Below are positions 1-9,368 of a stretch of DNA of 64,000 nucleotides, one piece after another. Position numbers and translations under genes: made by a program. The number at the start of each line of letters is the position of its first letter. Position 1 is the first letter of the stretch. This stretch comes from a virus. The stretch is from positions 1 through 64,000 of IMG/VR virus record IMGVR_UViG_3300035703_000036. One strand, written 5' to 3'. The notes below the pieces were generated by a model. That model had not been told where the DNA came from. It ran no database searches and was given only the letters and a program-made list of their open reading frames with translations.

Positions 1-11
1 TCTCTAGTATT

Positions 12-218
12 ATGGAAAAGAATACGGTATCTCTTCAAGAACACATGAGAAGAACTGCCATACTAGAAGATATGTACATAGCCTCTGTTAAAAGAATAGA
101 TAGATTAGAAGAACCTTCAAAAATAAATGATTTATTAAAAAGCAAAGTTTTAGCTATAGCTAGTTTTATAACGGCTGTTGGCGGAGCGATTGCTGTTATT
201 ATTAAAATTTTAAAATAA
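12..218 (+). CDS. small membrane protein (coiled coil plus C-terminal TM; holin/XhlA-like); may begin upstream of the window
   Basis: C-terminal hydrophobic stretch VLAIASFITAVGGAIAVIIKIL preceded by an amphipathic helix. Confidence 0.45.
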   Translation: MEKNTVSLQEHMRRTAILEDMYIASVKRIDRLEEPSKINDLLKSKVLAIASFITAVGGAIAVIIKILK

Positions 219-428
219 TATTATGGGTAACTTAAAATGGTTTAATTAATAGATAAGTTCTAGCAAGTGTCGCTTTAAAGAATGTTTTAATTTTCTGACG
301 AGTTTGAAGGGTCAGACAAATCTTAAAGTTAAAAAAAATTCTAGGCATTGTTAAGAAAAACTGAATTACGGATAGGTTCCGTGATTTTTAATCTGATCGG
401 CAGGGGTCGATTAGTTATTGGTTTAGGT

Positions 429-1004
429 ATGGCTTTTGAAAGAAAATGGGAGCAAGTTCTTCCAGTTAATCTTATTTCTGACGGTGGTGAGAACGGTTTG
501 ATTACTGTTTCTTCTACAGATGGATTTAAAGTTAAGCAGATAGCCGTTCTAAAAGCTGATAACGTTCCCACGATCAATGTTCAAATTAAAAGAGTCATAT
601 CGCCTACCCAAATGTATGTCGGCCCATCTGGTTCTAACATAGAATCAAGATCCGATGTCAGTCAGTATACAGTTGCTTTAAATGCTTCAATCGAAGCGGC
701 AGAACAAGAAAGACCAAATATTCCTCAAGTAGAACATGAACGAGCTGTTTATGAAGAAGAGCCTGTACTTGCTAAAAGAGTTGTACTTGTAGATAAATTT
801 GGCGGAAGAATTGACGAGGAAAATCCAATTCCGAGTAGAGATCCCGATAAAGTTGATTGGGATGAATTTACGACAACTTTTCCATCGCCAATAACGGAGA
901 TTTATACATATAAGAAAAATTCTGTAACAGTTATGACTGTTTCAGTCACTTACGAAACAAATGCAAAGAAAACTATAATAGCTTTGCAAAAGACGAGGGT
1001 TTAA
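429..1004 (+). CDS. putative virion structural protein
   Basis: ATG at 429 preferred over the track TTG at 348; beta-rich sequence; stop/start overlap (TAATG) with the next gene. Confidence 0.6.
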   Translation: MAFERKWEQVLPVNLISDGGENGLITVSSTDGFKVKQIAVLKADNVPTINVQIKRVISPTQMYVGPSGSNIESRSDVSQYTVALNASIEAAEQERPNIPQVEHERAVYEEEPVLAKRVVLVDKFGGRIDEENPIPSRDPDKVDWDEFTTTFPSPITEIYTYKKNSVTVMTVSVTYETNAKKTIIALQKTRV

Positions 1005-1189
1005 TGGCTTGGCGATTTGATCCTGTCTTAGTAGATATAGTTTGGTCGGGTGAAGAAAAAAGCATGGCTGAAATCGCTATCATTGATTTTGGAAGTCAGG
1101 GAAGTGATTTAGATATAGACTTTGGAGAAAGAGAAAACGACGAATCAATCATAGACCAAGGTTATAGGGTGGCAGATGGCAATCTTTAA
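1004..1189 (+). CDS. acidic hypothetical protein
   Basis: Translationally coupled on both sides within the structural operon. Confidence 0.55.
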   Translation: MAWRFDPVLVDIVWSGEEKSMAEIAIIDFGSQGSDLDIDFGERENDESIIDQGYRVADGNL

Positions 1190-1553
1190 GGCGCCCAGAA
1201 TTACTACTTCTCAAAGAGAAAATATAACTTTGCAAGTTAGTGAAATAGTTTATGATTTAGATCAAGCAGCCTTTTATGGTGGAGATGGAATTAACCAAGG
1301 CGGTTTTTTAATCGGAGAAAATTCTGGATTCAATGTGGAAACTATAACATTGACAGAAGAACATATTAGAGAAAAAAGAATAATTTTAGAAAAAGCGCCG
1401 TTAGTGCCAGAATGTGTTACGCTCCTTCCCGAAGGAGGTATTGTTCAGGCTAACGGTGTTGACTTTCGCGTTGTCGGTAGAGTTTTGAGCTGGCAAGGCT
1501 TAGGTTTAGATAATTTTTTAGAAAAAGATGAAGTACTGATTATTCAGTACTAA
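1176..1553 (+). CDS. putative tail fibre-associated structural protein
   Basis: LQVSEIVYDLDQAAFYGGDG resembles phage fibre N-terminal motifs; C-terminal NGVDFRV...DEVLIIQY small beta domain. Confidence 0.55.
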   Translation: MAIFKAPRITTSQRENITLQVSEIVYDLDQAAFYGGDGINQGGFLIGENSGFNVETITLTEEHIREKRIILEKAPLVPECVTLLPEGGIVQANGVDFRVVGRVLSWQGLGLDNFLEKDEVLIIQY

Positions 1554-1604
1554 GTACCATGAATATCGAAATATCTCGATATTTAACACACAGGAGAGGA
1601 GTGT

Positions 1605-3908
1605 ATGGCACAACAAATTAAAAAGAAGTACCTTAAATCCGATTCAGTAGACGGTTCGAAAATTAAACTGTTGAAAGATCAGGCTTTAAGGGCTGAAGAC
1701 TCAAGTGGAGTCGAAGTAAAACTTTTAGAACTTGGTAGTTCTAATGAAGTTTTATCAAAAGGTCAAGAGATTGCCTTTAAATCTCAATTATTAGCTGAAG
1801 AAGCTGCTAGAATAGCTGGTGATGCTGCTGAAGCATCTGCTAGAGCTGCTGCTATTTCTGCTGAAGAAGCTGCTAGAATTGCAGGCGACGCTGCTGAAGC
1901 ATCTGCTAGAGCTGCTGCTGATTCTGCTATTCAATCTTCATTGAATTCAGAAATTTCTAGAGCGCAAGCTGCTGAAGGTGTTTTAACTACTAACTTAGCT
2001 GCTGAAGTAACTAGAGCTACTGCTGCTGAAGCTGCTCTTCAAGTTTCAATTGATGATGTTGACGGTTATGCTCAAGATATCCGTAACGATTTAGATCAAG
2101 AGATTTTGGATAGAGCTGCTGGTGATGCTGCTGAAGCATCTGCTAGAGCTGCTGCTATTTCTGCTGAAGCATCTGCTAGAGCTGCTGCTATTTCTGCTGA
2201 AGAAGCTGCTAGAATTGCAGGCGACGCTGCTGAAGCATCTGCTAGAGCTGCTGCTATTTCTGCTGAAGAAGCTGCTAGAATTGCAGGTGATCAAAATTTA
2301 CAAGCTCAAATCAATAATGTTATTTCTAATGTTGATCCTGCTGCTTTAGATTCTCTAACAGAAATCGTAGCTGCTTTTGAAGCTGCCGATCAAAATCTTA
2401 ACAACACTATCATCGCATTAGGAACTGCTTCTCAATCAGCTTTAGCTGCTGAAATTGCAAGAGCTACTGCTGCTGAAGAAGCTTTGGCTTCTGATTTAGC
2501 TGCTGAAATTGCAAGAGCAGAAAGCGCTGAGGAAGCATTGGCTTCTGATTTAGCTGCTGAAATTGCGAGAGCTACTGCTGCTGAAGGTGTTTTAACTGCT
2601 GATTTAGCTGCTGAAGTAACTAGAGCAGAAAGTGCTGAGGAAGCATTAGCTTCTGATTTAGCTGCTGAAGTAACTAGAGCTACTGCTGCTGAAGGTGTTT
2701 TAACTGCTGATTTAGCTGCTGAAGTAGCTAGAGCAGAAAGTGCTGAGGAAGCATTAGCTTCTGATTTACAATCTGAAGTTGAAAGAGCTATGGCTGCTGA
2801 GGGTGTTTTAACTGCTGATTTACAATCTGAAGTTGAAAGAGCTACGGCTGCTGAAGAGCTTTTAACTGATTCTAAAGTTGCTAAAGCTGGCGATACGATG
2901 ACTGGTGCATTGACTATCGATCCAGTTGGTGATGGAATGAATTACACAATGATAGATTCTAGTTATGTTGAAGTTTATTCTTCTCTACCAGATGGTTCAT
3001 ATACAGATGTAATCGTTCAAACTGACGGTTTTTCTCTTTCTAGTGATGATGGAAGTGGAAACGGAGTATTAATGCTTCTTTCTAGCCAAAATGGCGGAAC
3101 TTTCAATATCATGAAAAATGGCGAAGCTTTTATGGCTTCGGGCGAAAGTGATATTGCTACAAAAAAATATGTTGATCAACAAGATCAAGCTATTTTGGCT
3201 CAAGCTATCGTTTATGACGATGCTGTTAGAAGCTATGTTGACGCTGTTACAGGATTTATGGATGGTAGACTTGAAGGTTTGATTAATACTGAAGAGTCTG
3301 AAAGAATTGCAGCAGATGAAAATTTACAAGCTCAAATTAACAATATCGTTTCCAACGTTGATCCTGCTGCTTTAGATTCTCTAACAGAAATCGTAGCCGC
3401 ATTTCAAGCTGCTGATGAAAATTTAAATAACGCTATTTCTGCTCTTGGAACTGGATCTTCTTCTGGTTTAGCTGCTGAAATTGCAAGAGCTACTGCTGCT
3501 GAAGCTGCTATAGCTGCTGATTTAGCTGCTGAAGTAGCTAGAGCGCAAGCTGCTGAAGGTGTTTTAACTTCTGATTTAGCTGCTGAAGTAGCTAGAGCTA
3601 CTGCTGCTGAAGAAGCTTTAAGCTCAAGAGTTTCCGCTCTTGAAGCTTTAAATGACGGCCCAGAATTCCACAAGAAAAAAGTTGTGGTTGGTGCTGAATT
3701 ATCTTTTGTTGAATTAGACCATGAAGCTATTGAAAATTCAATTATGGTTTCAGTAGGAAGAATGGCTGTTCATAAAGATGAAGATTATACTGTATCTGTT
3801 GTTGGTGGTAAAACACGTTTAAGCTGGATTGGTGACTTCGCCGTTGGTGGCTTAGAAGCTATTGAAGCTGGTGATTGTGTATTTATTACTTACGCTATCA
3901 GTATCTAA
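1605..3908 (+). CDS. alanine-rich coiled-coil fibre protein
   Basis: RBS aggagaggag; 11- and 18-aa repeats; two DPAALDSLTEIVAAF motifs and KVAKAGDTMTG, typical of phage fibres. Confidence 0.8.
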   Translation: MAQQIKKKYLKSDSVDGSKIKLLKDQALRAEDSSGVEVKLLELGSSNEVLSKGQEIAFKSQLLAEEAARIAGDAAEASARAAAISAEEAARIAGDAAEASARAAADSAIQSSLNSEISRAQAAEGVLTTNLAAEVTRATAAEAALQVSIDDVDGYAQDIRNDLDQEILDRAAGDAAEASARAAAISAEASARAAAISAEEAARIAGDAAEASARAAAISAEEAARIAGDQNLQAQINNVISNVDPAALDSLTEIVAAFEAADQNLNNTIIALGTASQSALAAEIARATAAEEALASDLAAEIARAESAEEALASDLAAEIARATAAEGVLTADLAAEVTRAESAEEALASDLAAEVTRATAAEGVLTADLAAEVARAESAEEALASDLQSEVERAMAAEGVLTADLQSEVERATAAEELLTDSKVAKAGDTMTGALTIDPVGDGMNYTMIDSSYVEVYSSLPDGSYTDVIVQTDGFSLSSDDGSGNGVLMLLSSQNGGTFNIMKNGEAFMASGESDIATKKYVDQQDQAILAQAIVYDDAVRSYVDAVTGFMDGRLEGLINTEESERIAADENLQAQINNIVSNVDPAALDSLTEIVAAFQAADENLNNAISALGTGSSSGLAAEIARATAAEAAIAADLAAEVARAQAAEGVLTSDLAAEVARATAAEEALSSRVSALEALNDGPEFHKKKVVVGAELSFVELDHEAIENSIMVSVGRMAVHKDEDYTVSVVGGKTRLSWIGDFAVGGLEAIEAGDCVFITYAISI
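1790..3620 (+). repeat. intragenic tandem repeats (33-nt and 54-nt units)
   Basis: Near-identical units such as gctgaagcatctgctagagctgctgctatttct and gatttagctgctgaagtaactagagc recur; the gttgatcctgctgctttagattctctaacagaaatcgtagc block occurs twice (~2331 and ~3357). Confidence 0.9.
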
Positions 3909-3919
3909 TAATTAAAAAT

Positions 3920-3950
3920 GGGGGGAAGAATAATTCTTCCTCCTTTATTT
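3920..3950 (+). terminator. rho-independent terminator
   Basis: Hairpin GGGGGAAGAA-taa-TTCTTCCTCC followed by TTTATTT. Confidence 0.65.
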
Positions 3951-3960
3951 AGGAGACTTT

Positions 3961-6630
3961 ATGTCTATTTTTTACGTGAGGAAAAACGGGTCGGGCACTC
4001 ACACGACCATTCAAAGTGCATTTATTCAAGCTGTAAACGGAGATACTATCGATGTTGAAGCTGGTTTATTTGAAGAAAATGTTGATTTTTATAAATCAGG
4101 AATTACATTAAAAGGTGCAGGTAAAAACTTAACAGAAATAAGAGGAATTCAAGAATCTAACGTAACAAAAACTTGTACTTTTAATTCTGGCTCAACAACT
4201 CTAAACATACCTGCTGGAACTTCTGGTTGGTTAGTTGGACGTTATATTCAAGGGACAGGACTAGCTGCTGGAACTAGAATTGTATCTGTTTCTGCAACTT
4301 CTGTTACGGTTTCTATAGCTACAACTGCAGCTAAAACTAACCAAAGTGTTATCATGGTAGCAGTACCCGCTACTATAGTTGTCAGAGGGGCAAGCCATAC
4401 AATTAAAGATCTAAAAATTACAGCAGTTCAAGCTTTAGAGTCTAGATGTTTAGCTGATAATGCCGCTATTTTTTTCAGAACAAGTGGAAACGGGGAATTG
4501 CCAGCTACAAACTACATTCTTGAAGATTGTATTGTTGAAGCTAGAGGAGAAAGTGCAATTATGACAGATGCTTCTGCGTCTATCGGAAACGGTATTATTC
4601 GCAGAAACACTATTCAAGGTAAAACTTTTGTCGGATCATCAGCAGCACAAGTTCCAGCATTTGGAACAATGACTAAAACTGGTACTGTTTTATCTAACAG
4701 AACAATTCAGTTTAGTGATCTAAGCGGTATTACAGCTCCGCATGCTGGAAACTCTCAAGGAAGTGAAATAAATCCAGGCCTAAGAGTTGTTTCAATCAGT
4801 GGAAATGTCGTAACTGTTTCAGCAAATATTACAGATGCTGTTGGAACAAATAGATCTTTTTCTTTTGCTAACGTACAATTTAATTATCCTAACGTAGCCA
4901 GACAACTTGTTGTTGTTCAAGGTGTAAACACAGCAACTCAGTTTTTAAACAATACTGTTAATGGTGTAACTGGTAGTGGTATTTCTTACAATACTGCAGT
5001 AACTGTTGATACAGCTAATGCGGTTATTACAGGAAATACTCTTAATGGTGAATTCAAATATGGATACGCTTTAAGAGCAAGAGGTGCTGGATCTACGGTT
5101 AGCAATAACATGAACTACTCACTTCCTAGCAATCCAAATCAAGGATTTTTAATTGGGCCTACAGGTTCTCAAGTTTCTGGAATGAGTATAGGGTCGAACA
5201 CATCTATTTTAGCTAGTCTTATTGAATCTTCTCAAACTGCAGGAAATTCTTCGGTTTCTTTCCAAATGAGCAAAGATCAAATTAAAACTATTTCTAAGGT
5301 TTCATCTGATGCTTTTTATTCAAATGAAGCAAATTGGCACATGGTGTCTTTTGTTTATAAGAATACCAGCAACAACAAGAGACTTACTCCTTCTTTTAAA
5401 AATTTTTCAGCAAATAAAGTTTCTAAACTTCGCTACGGAATGATGAGTGGTGATGTTATGCAACTTCATAAAATCATTATTTCTAAGTCAAATAGACAAC
5501 ACTTAGTAATTAAAAGAAGCGAAATTGATGGAGCAAGTGCATTTGATTTTAGTTTAACTAACAACTCAACTGCAGCAGCTTGGAGTGGAAACTCAGGCTC
5601 AGGCGGTTCTGGTTCAGGCGGCTCAGGCTCTGGAATAACAGCTTATCAGTATTATAAGTTTGCAGTAAAATCTACATGGATAGGAAGTGGTAATGGCAAC
5701 ATGTTTAGAGCAGGGCCAGTAGGGTTATCAGATATTGCTTTTAAAGATGCAAGCGGAAATATTATCTCTATGTCAGGAGCTTCTGTTAACAATATTTATC
5801 CGTCAACAAATTATGGATTAGCTAATTTAATAAACGGATCTGTCGAACAGAATAATATAGATGATTTAGTAGTTTATAATTTAGCTGACGGCTCGATCTA
5901 TAATGATTTGTTTACAATCACTATGGCCTCGGCCGTAAGTGTTAGTAAATTGTTAATTGGCGCTCAAGGTGGAACTTCCGCTATGTATAACATGCCAAGA
6001 GAATTCAAACTTCTCGGATCTAACGATAACGTAAATTTTACTGAAATTTATGTATCAACTCCAGAAGCGACTACAGATACTTGGTTTAATTACAAAGGCA
6101 CATATAGAGAGTTTTCAATTAGCGGATCTGGTTCAGGCGGCTCAGGCTCTGGATTAACTTCATATCGTTATGTTAAATTTGCAGGAAAACAAGCATGGAG
6201 TGATAATATTGGAAATTCAATTTCTGATTATTTCGGCATGGCTGATTTTGGTTTAAAATGGGGCGGCACAAATCAAAATTTATCAAGTTATACTATAACT
6301 AATCTTTACGAATTAGCACAAAATCCTCAAGGTTTTGGTGCTTTAACTGATGGTACAGTTAGCAGCGGTTCGAACTATGTTAGTTGGCAACCAAACAATA
6401 CAATGAGAGATTTGTTTGTCGTTGACTTGAATAGTCCTCAGCAAATAACTGACGTATTAATTGCTCCTGTTTATGCAGGAGGAAATTACGGCAATCACAT
6501 TCCAAAAGAATTCAAAGTTTACGGTTCTTTGGATGGAGTTAATTATACGGAAATACTATCTGTAAATCAAACTGATTCTTCTTCATGGATAGGTAAAGGC
6601 GGCACTTATGCGTCTTTTCCTGTAAACTAA
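3961..6630 (+). CDS. tailspike/fibre: right-handed beta-helix (pectin-lyase-like) plus two discoidin (F5/8 type C)-like domains
   Basis: N-terminus YVRKNGSGTHTTIQSAF..A..GDTIDVEAG is a beta-helix cap; GSGGSG linkers; two PREFKLLGSNDNVNFTEI / PKEFKVYGSLDGVNYTEI motifs. Confidence 0.75.
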   Translation: MSIFYVRKNGSGTHTTIQSAFIQAVNGDTIDVEAGLFEENVDFYKSGITLKGAGKNLTEIRGIQESNVTKTCTFNSGSTTLNIPAGTSGWLVGRYIQGTGLAAGTRIVSVSATSVTVSIATTAAKTNQSVIMVAVPATIVVRGASHTIKDLKITAVQALESRCLADNAAIFFRTSGNGELPATNYILEDCIVEARGESAIMTDASASIGNGIIRRNTIQGKTFVGSSAAQVPAFGTMTKTGTVLSNRTIQFSDLSGITAPHAGNSQGSEINPGLRVVSISGNVVTVSANITDAVGTNRSFSFANVQFNYPNVARQLVVVQGVNTATQFLNNTVNGVTGSGISYNTAVTVDTANAVITGNTLNGEFKYGYALRARGAGSTVSNNMNYSLPSNPNQGFLIGPTGSQVSGMSIGSNTSILASLIESSQTAGNSSVSFQMSKDQIKTISKVSSDAFYSNEANWHMVSFVYKNTSNNKRLTPSFKNFSANKVSKLRYGMMSGDVMQLHKIIISKSNRQHLVIKRSEIDGASAFDFSLTNNSTAAAWSGNSGSGGSGSGGSGSGITAYQYYKFAVKSTWIGSGNGNMFRAGPVGLSDIAFKDASGNIISMSGASVNNIYPSTNYGLANLINGSVEQNNIDDLVVYNLADGSIYNDLFTITMASAVSVSKLLIGAQGGTSAMYNMPREFKLLGSNDNVNFTEIYVSTPEATTDTWFNYKGTYREFSISGSGSGGSGSGLTSYRYVKFAGKQAWSDNIGNSISDYFGMADFGLKWGGTNQNLSSYTITNLYELAQNPQGFGALTDGTVSSGSNYVSWQPNNTMRDLFVVDLNSPQQITDVLIAPVYAGGNYGNHIPKEFKVYGSLDGVNYTEILSVNQTDSSSWIGKGGTYASFPVN

Positions 6631-6647
6631 AGATAAATCAACTATTC

Positions 6648-6674
6648 GGCAGGGTTAATAGCCCTGCTTTTTTT
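6648..6674 (+). terminator. rho-independent terminator
   Basis: Hairpin GGCAGGG-ttaatag-CCCTGCT followed by a T run. Confidence 0.85.
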
Positions 6675-6677
6675 CTT

Positions 6678-6705
6678 AAAAAATACCCGTCGAATGGCGG
6701 GTATT
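6678..6705 (-). terminator. terminator for the convergent minus-strand operon
   Basis: Hairpin AATACCCG-tcgaatgg-CGGGTATT with an A run on the left (T tract on the minus strand). Confidence 0.7.
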
Positions 6706-6913
6706 ATTTTTTCTGCTTCTTTATTCTTTTATTTTTCTTAGAAGTTTGTAAAGACGCTTCAAAACTGAAGCCTACCTGAGTATAAGTATGGATCAGCTTC
6801 ATAGCTGTTTGAGTTTCTTCTTTTTCTTTTTCATTTAAGTTCAATTCGCCTAACCTTTTTTCAACAATCGCAAAACTTAAATTTAATAAATTCATTTTTT
6901 GTTCTAAAGTCAT
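6704..6913 (-). CDS. hypothetical protein
   Basis: Last gene of a tightly packed minus-strand operon. Confidence 0.6.
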   Translation of the reverse strand: MTLEQKMNLLNLSFAIVEKRLGELNLNEKEKEETQTAMKLIHTYTQVGFSFEASLQTSKKNKRIKKQKK

Positions 6914-6914
6914 A

Positions 6915-7283
6915 TTACCTCGCTACTTGCCCTAGAGCCCATCCAGTTAAAATAACTGTAGCAACTCCAGCTCCAAAATAAAACATGTCATTGTATTTAG
7001 AATATGTGCTTTGTTTTTGAATTCTTTCTTCTAGTTTATAAGTTGTATCTTTCCAAAGCTCTGCTCTTTGATCCGCTTTATCTAAAGCTAAATCTTTAAG
7101 ACTAATCTTCTCATTTAATTTTTCAACTTCTTGATCTCTTAATTTATCTTTATTATAAAGCTTGCCTACTTCGATGTGACATTCTTTACTGTAAAGATAT
7201 TTATCTCCTTGCTTTTCGATTGTTCCAAAATCACAATCAGCAAAAGCATTAAAGCTGATAATTAGAATTAATAAAAATTTCAT
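6915..7283 (-). CDS. exported coiled-coil protein with C-terminal TM (possible spanin-like component)
   Basis: ATG at 7283; signal peptide MKFLLILIISFNAFA; C-terminal FYFGAGVATVILTGWAL. Confidence 0.65.
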   Translation of the reverse strand: MKFLLILIISFNAFADCDFGTIEKQGDKYLYSKECHIEVGKLYNKDKLRDQEVEKLNEKISLKDLALDKADQRAELWKDTTYKLEERIQKQSTYSKYNDMFYFGAGVATVILTGWALGQVAR

Positions 7284-7284
7284 T

Positions 7285-7569
7285 TTAAACCTTCTTATGC
7301 CAATCGGCATCGTCCGTAGACTCTATCTTTTCTATTTTATTCTCTATCTGATCTATTTCTTTTGTAAGTTGATTTGCTGCGCCTTCAGCTCTGTCCTGCT
7401 CTTCCTTGAGCTTCTCATCCTTTAGATCGGCTTTTTTAACGTCTTTTTTGGCGCCTGAAACATTTATTTTTGAAAGCAAAATAAAAATAAAAAAAATCGC
7501 TAACACGGGCAGCAATATATAAAACAGCCAAGGTTTAGTATTTTTTAAAGACAACATTTTATCAATCAT
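7285..7569 (-). CDS. N-terminal TM plus coiled-coil protein (i-spanin-like)
   Basis: TM segment WLFYILLPVLAIFFIFILLS followed by a charged heptad helix. Confidence 0.65.
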   Translation of the reverse strand: MIDKMLSLKNTKPWLFYILLPVLAIFFIFILLSKINVSGAKKDVKKADLKDEKLKEEQDRAEGAANQLTKEIDQIENKIEKIESTDDADWHKKV

Positions 7570-7575
7570 GATTCC

Positions 7576-7914
7576 TCACTTGCAGTAAACTTTCCTATTT
7601 ATCATATAGACAAGATCGCTGTTTTTAATAGGTTTTTTGTTTTCAATTTCTACAAAACTATCGTGTTTGTATGGGTTATAAGTAACTTCTTTTAAATTTT
7701 TTGAATGTATTAATTCTTGAATCATGTCGCCTTCAACAAATGCGTGAACATTTTTTCTTTGTTCACGGAGAACTTTTTGCCTGCCGCCTTCTCGAACGAT
7801 AAATTTGCAGTTTTCTAAAACTACAGAGTCCGTATGCAAAATTACTCTGCCTGTGGATTTATCCTTGACGCTCCAACAGTGTTTATGCAGATTGTAATAA
7901 ACCTGAACTCTCAT
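7576..7914 (-). CDS. conserved phage hypothetical protein
   Basis: VYYNLHK..WSV / F.V...GRQKVLRE.RKNVHAFV / VTYNPYK pattern that I recognise from many phage hypotheticals. Confidence 0.75.
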   Translation of the reverse strand: MRVQVYYNLHKHCWSVKDKSTGRVILHTDSVVLENCKFIVREGGRQKVLREQRKNVHAFVEGDMIQELIHSKNLKEVTYNPYKHDSFVEIENKKPIKNSDLVYMINRKVYCK

Positions 7915-8081
7915 TATGCTGCCTTTGGCTGAAGCACATAAACATTGTTAGTATTCAATCTTTTAGCCATTTTCAAACATTCTTTTGCCTGAGCAAGATA
8001 GTGTTGTTGACGAGTAACTCTTGCCATCATGGCATAAGTTCTAGCTAAGCTCATTAAAAATTTAATATTATCATTCATCAT
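7914..8081 (-). CDS. hypothetical protein
   Basis: GGAGG RBS before the ATG at 8081. Confidence 0.55.
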   Translation of the reverse strand: MMNDNIKFLMSLARTYAMMARVTRQQHYLAQAKECLKMAKRLNTNNVYVLQPKAA

Positions 8082-8113
8082 ACGTACCTCCGTTATAGTA
8101 TAATTATACATCT

Positions 8114-8620
8114 TTACGGATTTTTTGTCAATTCATTTCTTAAATACTCTGGCCAATTCGTAAGTGGTTGAAATAACACTTCTTTTTGAAACTTCATATT
8201 TAACGGACTACCTTCAGTAGCAGCTTCTCTTATTAGATCGGTGTTTTCAATTTCAGGAAATTCATTTTTTACCCATAAAGTAATGATGGGCCAATTGTCG
8301 ATATTCAGAACCAAAGGCCTTTGCCCTTGATAGGCTACGGTTATAGCTTTGTCATAGTCTACCGTTACGTTGTCAGCCCATCCGGCATACTTGCCAGAAT
8401 TCTTTTTGCCTTCTCTTGTTACAAGGAAATCGATAACGTGTCTTTTGAATGTCAAAGCCGTTTCTTGATCAACTCCAGACTCAAAAAAGATCAAGGCCAA
8501 GTCTTCTACGATCTCATCTCTGTCATCCGAAGTGAATCTAGCCGTTCCATATCTCTCATTAACATCAGACTTCCAAGTATTAAATAATGCTTTTACTCTA
8601 TCTAAACTCATACCGCTCAT
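8114..8620 (-). CDS. hypothetical protein
   Basis: RBS AGGAG; 168-aa ORF. Confidence 0.7.
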   Translation of the reverse strand: MSGMSLDRVKALFNTWKSDVNERYGTARFTSDDRDEIVEDLALIFFESGVDQETALTFKRHVIDFLVTREGKKNSGKYAGWADNVTVDYDKAITVAYQGQRPLVLNIDNWPIITLWVKNEFPEIENTDLIREAATEGSPLNMKFQKEVLFQPLTNWPEYLRNELTKNP

Positions 8621-8628
8621 ATATTCTC

Positions 8629-9195
8629 CTAAAAATCCTTATTATCAAATCTTTCGTCTACCTGCTTTCTAATCTTTGCTCGATTGACCGCTCTTTCTTC
8701 TGAGGAAAGCTTTTTGGTTTTTATTACATCTTTACGATTTTCCATTAAATCATGTAACTCTTGTCTTTGTATTTCCGTATCTACAACTATTCTGTTCAAA
8801 ACAGCTTCTTTTACTACTTGAAAGCCGTATACTTTTCCTTCTTTATTTAGTAAAGCCCTAACTAATCCGCTGTCAATCATAGATTTGATAATCTGAGGAT
8901 AGTTTTCATTTCTGAAGCTTGCTATTTTATTCAAGGCCTGTATGTTTTTATCGTTTTTGATTAAGTTTCTTAGTCCATCTCTGGTCATGTTAAAGCAAAC
9001 TCTACGCTGATAAATAACGCTATTCATTATCGAGCAGATTATTAGAGTTAGGTCTATGTTGGCTTTCTGATAGTTTCTATAAAGACTCTCCCATTCAGGA
9101 AGCCTGAGATCTTCTTCTGTTATAGTTTTAGTATATGCAAGGTAGGCTCTGCCTCTAGCATTTTCTTCAATATCTTCTACCTTAAACAAATCCAT
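8629..9195 (-). CDS. hypothetical protein, possibly winged-helix DNA-binding
   Basis: RBS AAGGAG; YPQIIKSMIDSGLVRA...KVYGFQV resembles a wHTH recognition helix plus wing (inference). Confidence 0.65.
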   Translation of the reverse strand: MDLFKVEDIEENARGRAYLAYTKTITEEDLRLPEWESLYRNYQKANIDLTLIICSIMNSVIYQRRVCFNMTRDGLRNLIKNDKNIQALNKIASFRNENYPQIIKSMIDSGLVRALLNKEGKVYGFQVVKEAVLNRIVVDTEIQRQELHDLMENRKDVIKTKKLSSEERAVNRAKIRKQVDERFDNKDF

Positions 9196-9210
9196 AATAT
9201 CTCCTTAATA

Positions 9211-9353
9211 AATTATACCACAGTTTTTGGAGCTTTAAAAAAAAGAAGAGACCCTCTTTCTCTTTCCTTTTTACTCTTTACTATTTACTACGTCCCAACC
9301 TACGAGTCCCAAATCCAGTCCCCGTTTCGTCCCCATAAAAATGTGGTATAATT
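9211..9353. promoter_or_regulatory. divergent extended -10 promoters forming a 12-bp inverted repeat
   Basis: AATTATACCACA (9211-9222) is the reverse complement of TGTGGTATAATT (9342-9353); each precedes an RBS and ATG. Confidence 0.75.
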
Positions 9354-9368
9354 ATGTAGGAGAAAATT

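Noticed and set aside
290-415. Several short hairpins in the leader before the 429 gene
   Set aside because: Stems are short and match no RNA family I know; not enough to call an ncRNA
1790-2870. Regular repeats resembling a CRISPR array
   Set aside because: In-frame coding repeats with no unique spacers, and no cas genes
2091-3673. Alternative-frame and antisense ORFs (2091-2294, 2122-2349, 3404-3673)
   Set aside because: Shadows of the GCT-rich repeats in the 1605-3908 gene
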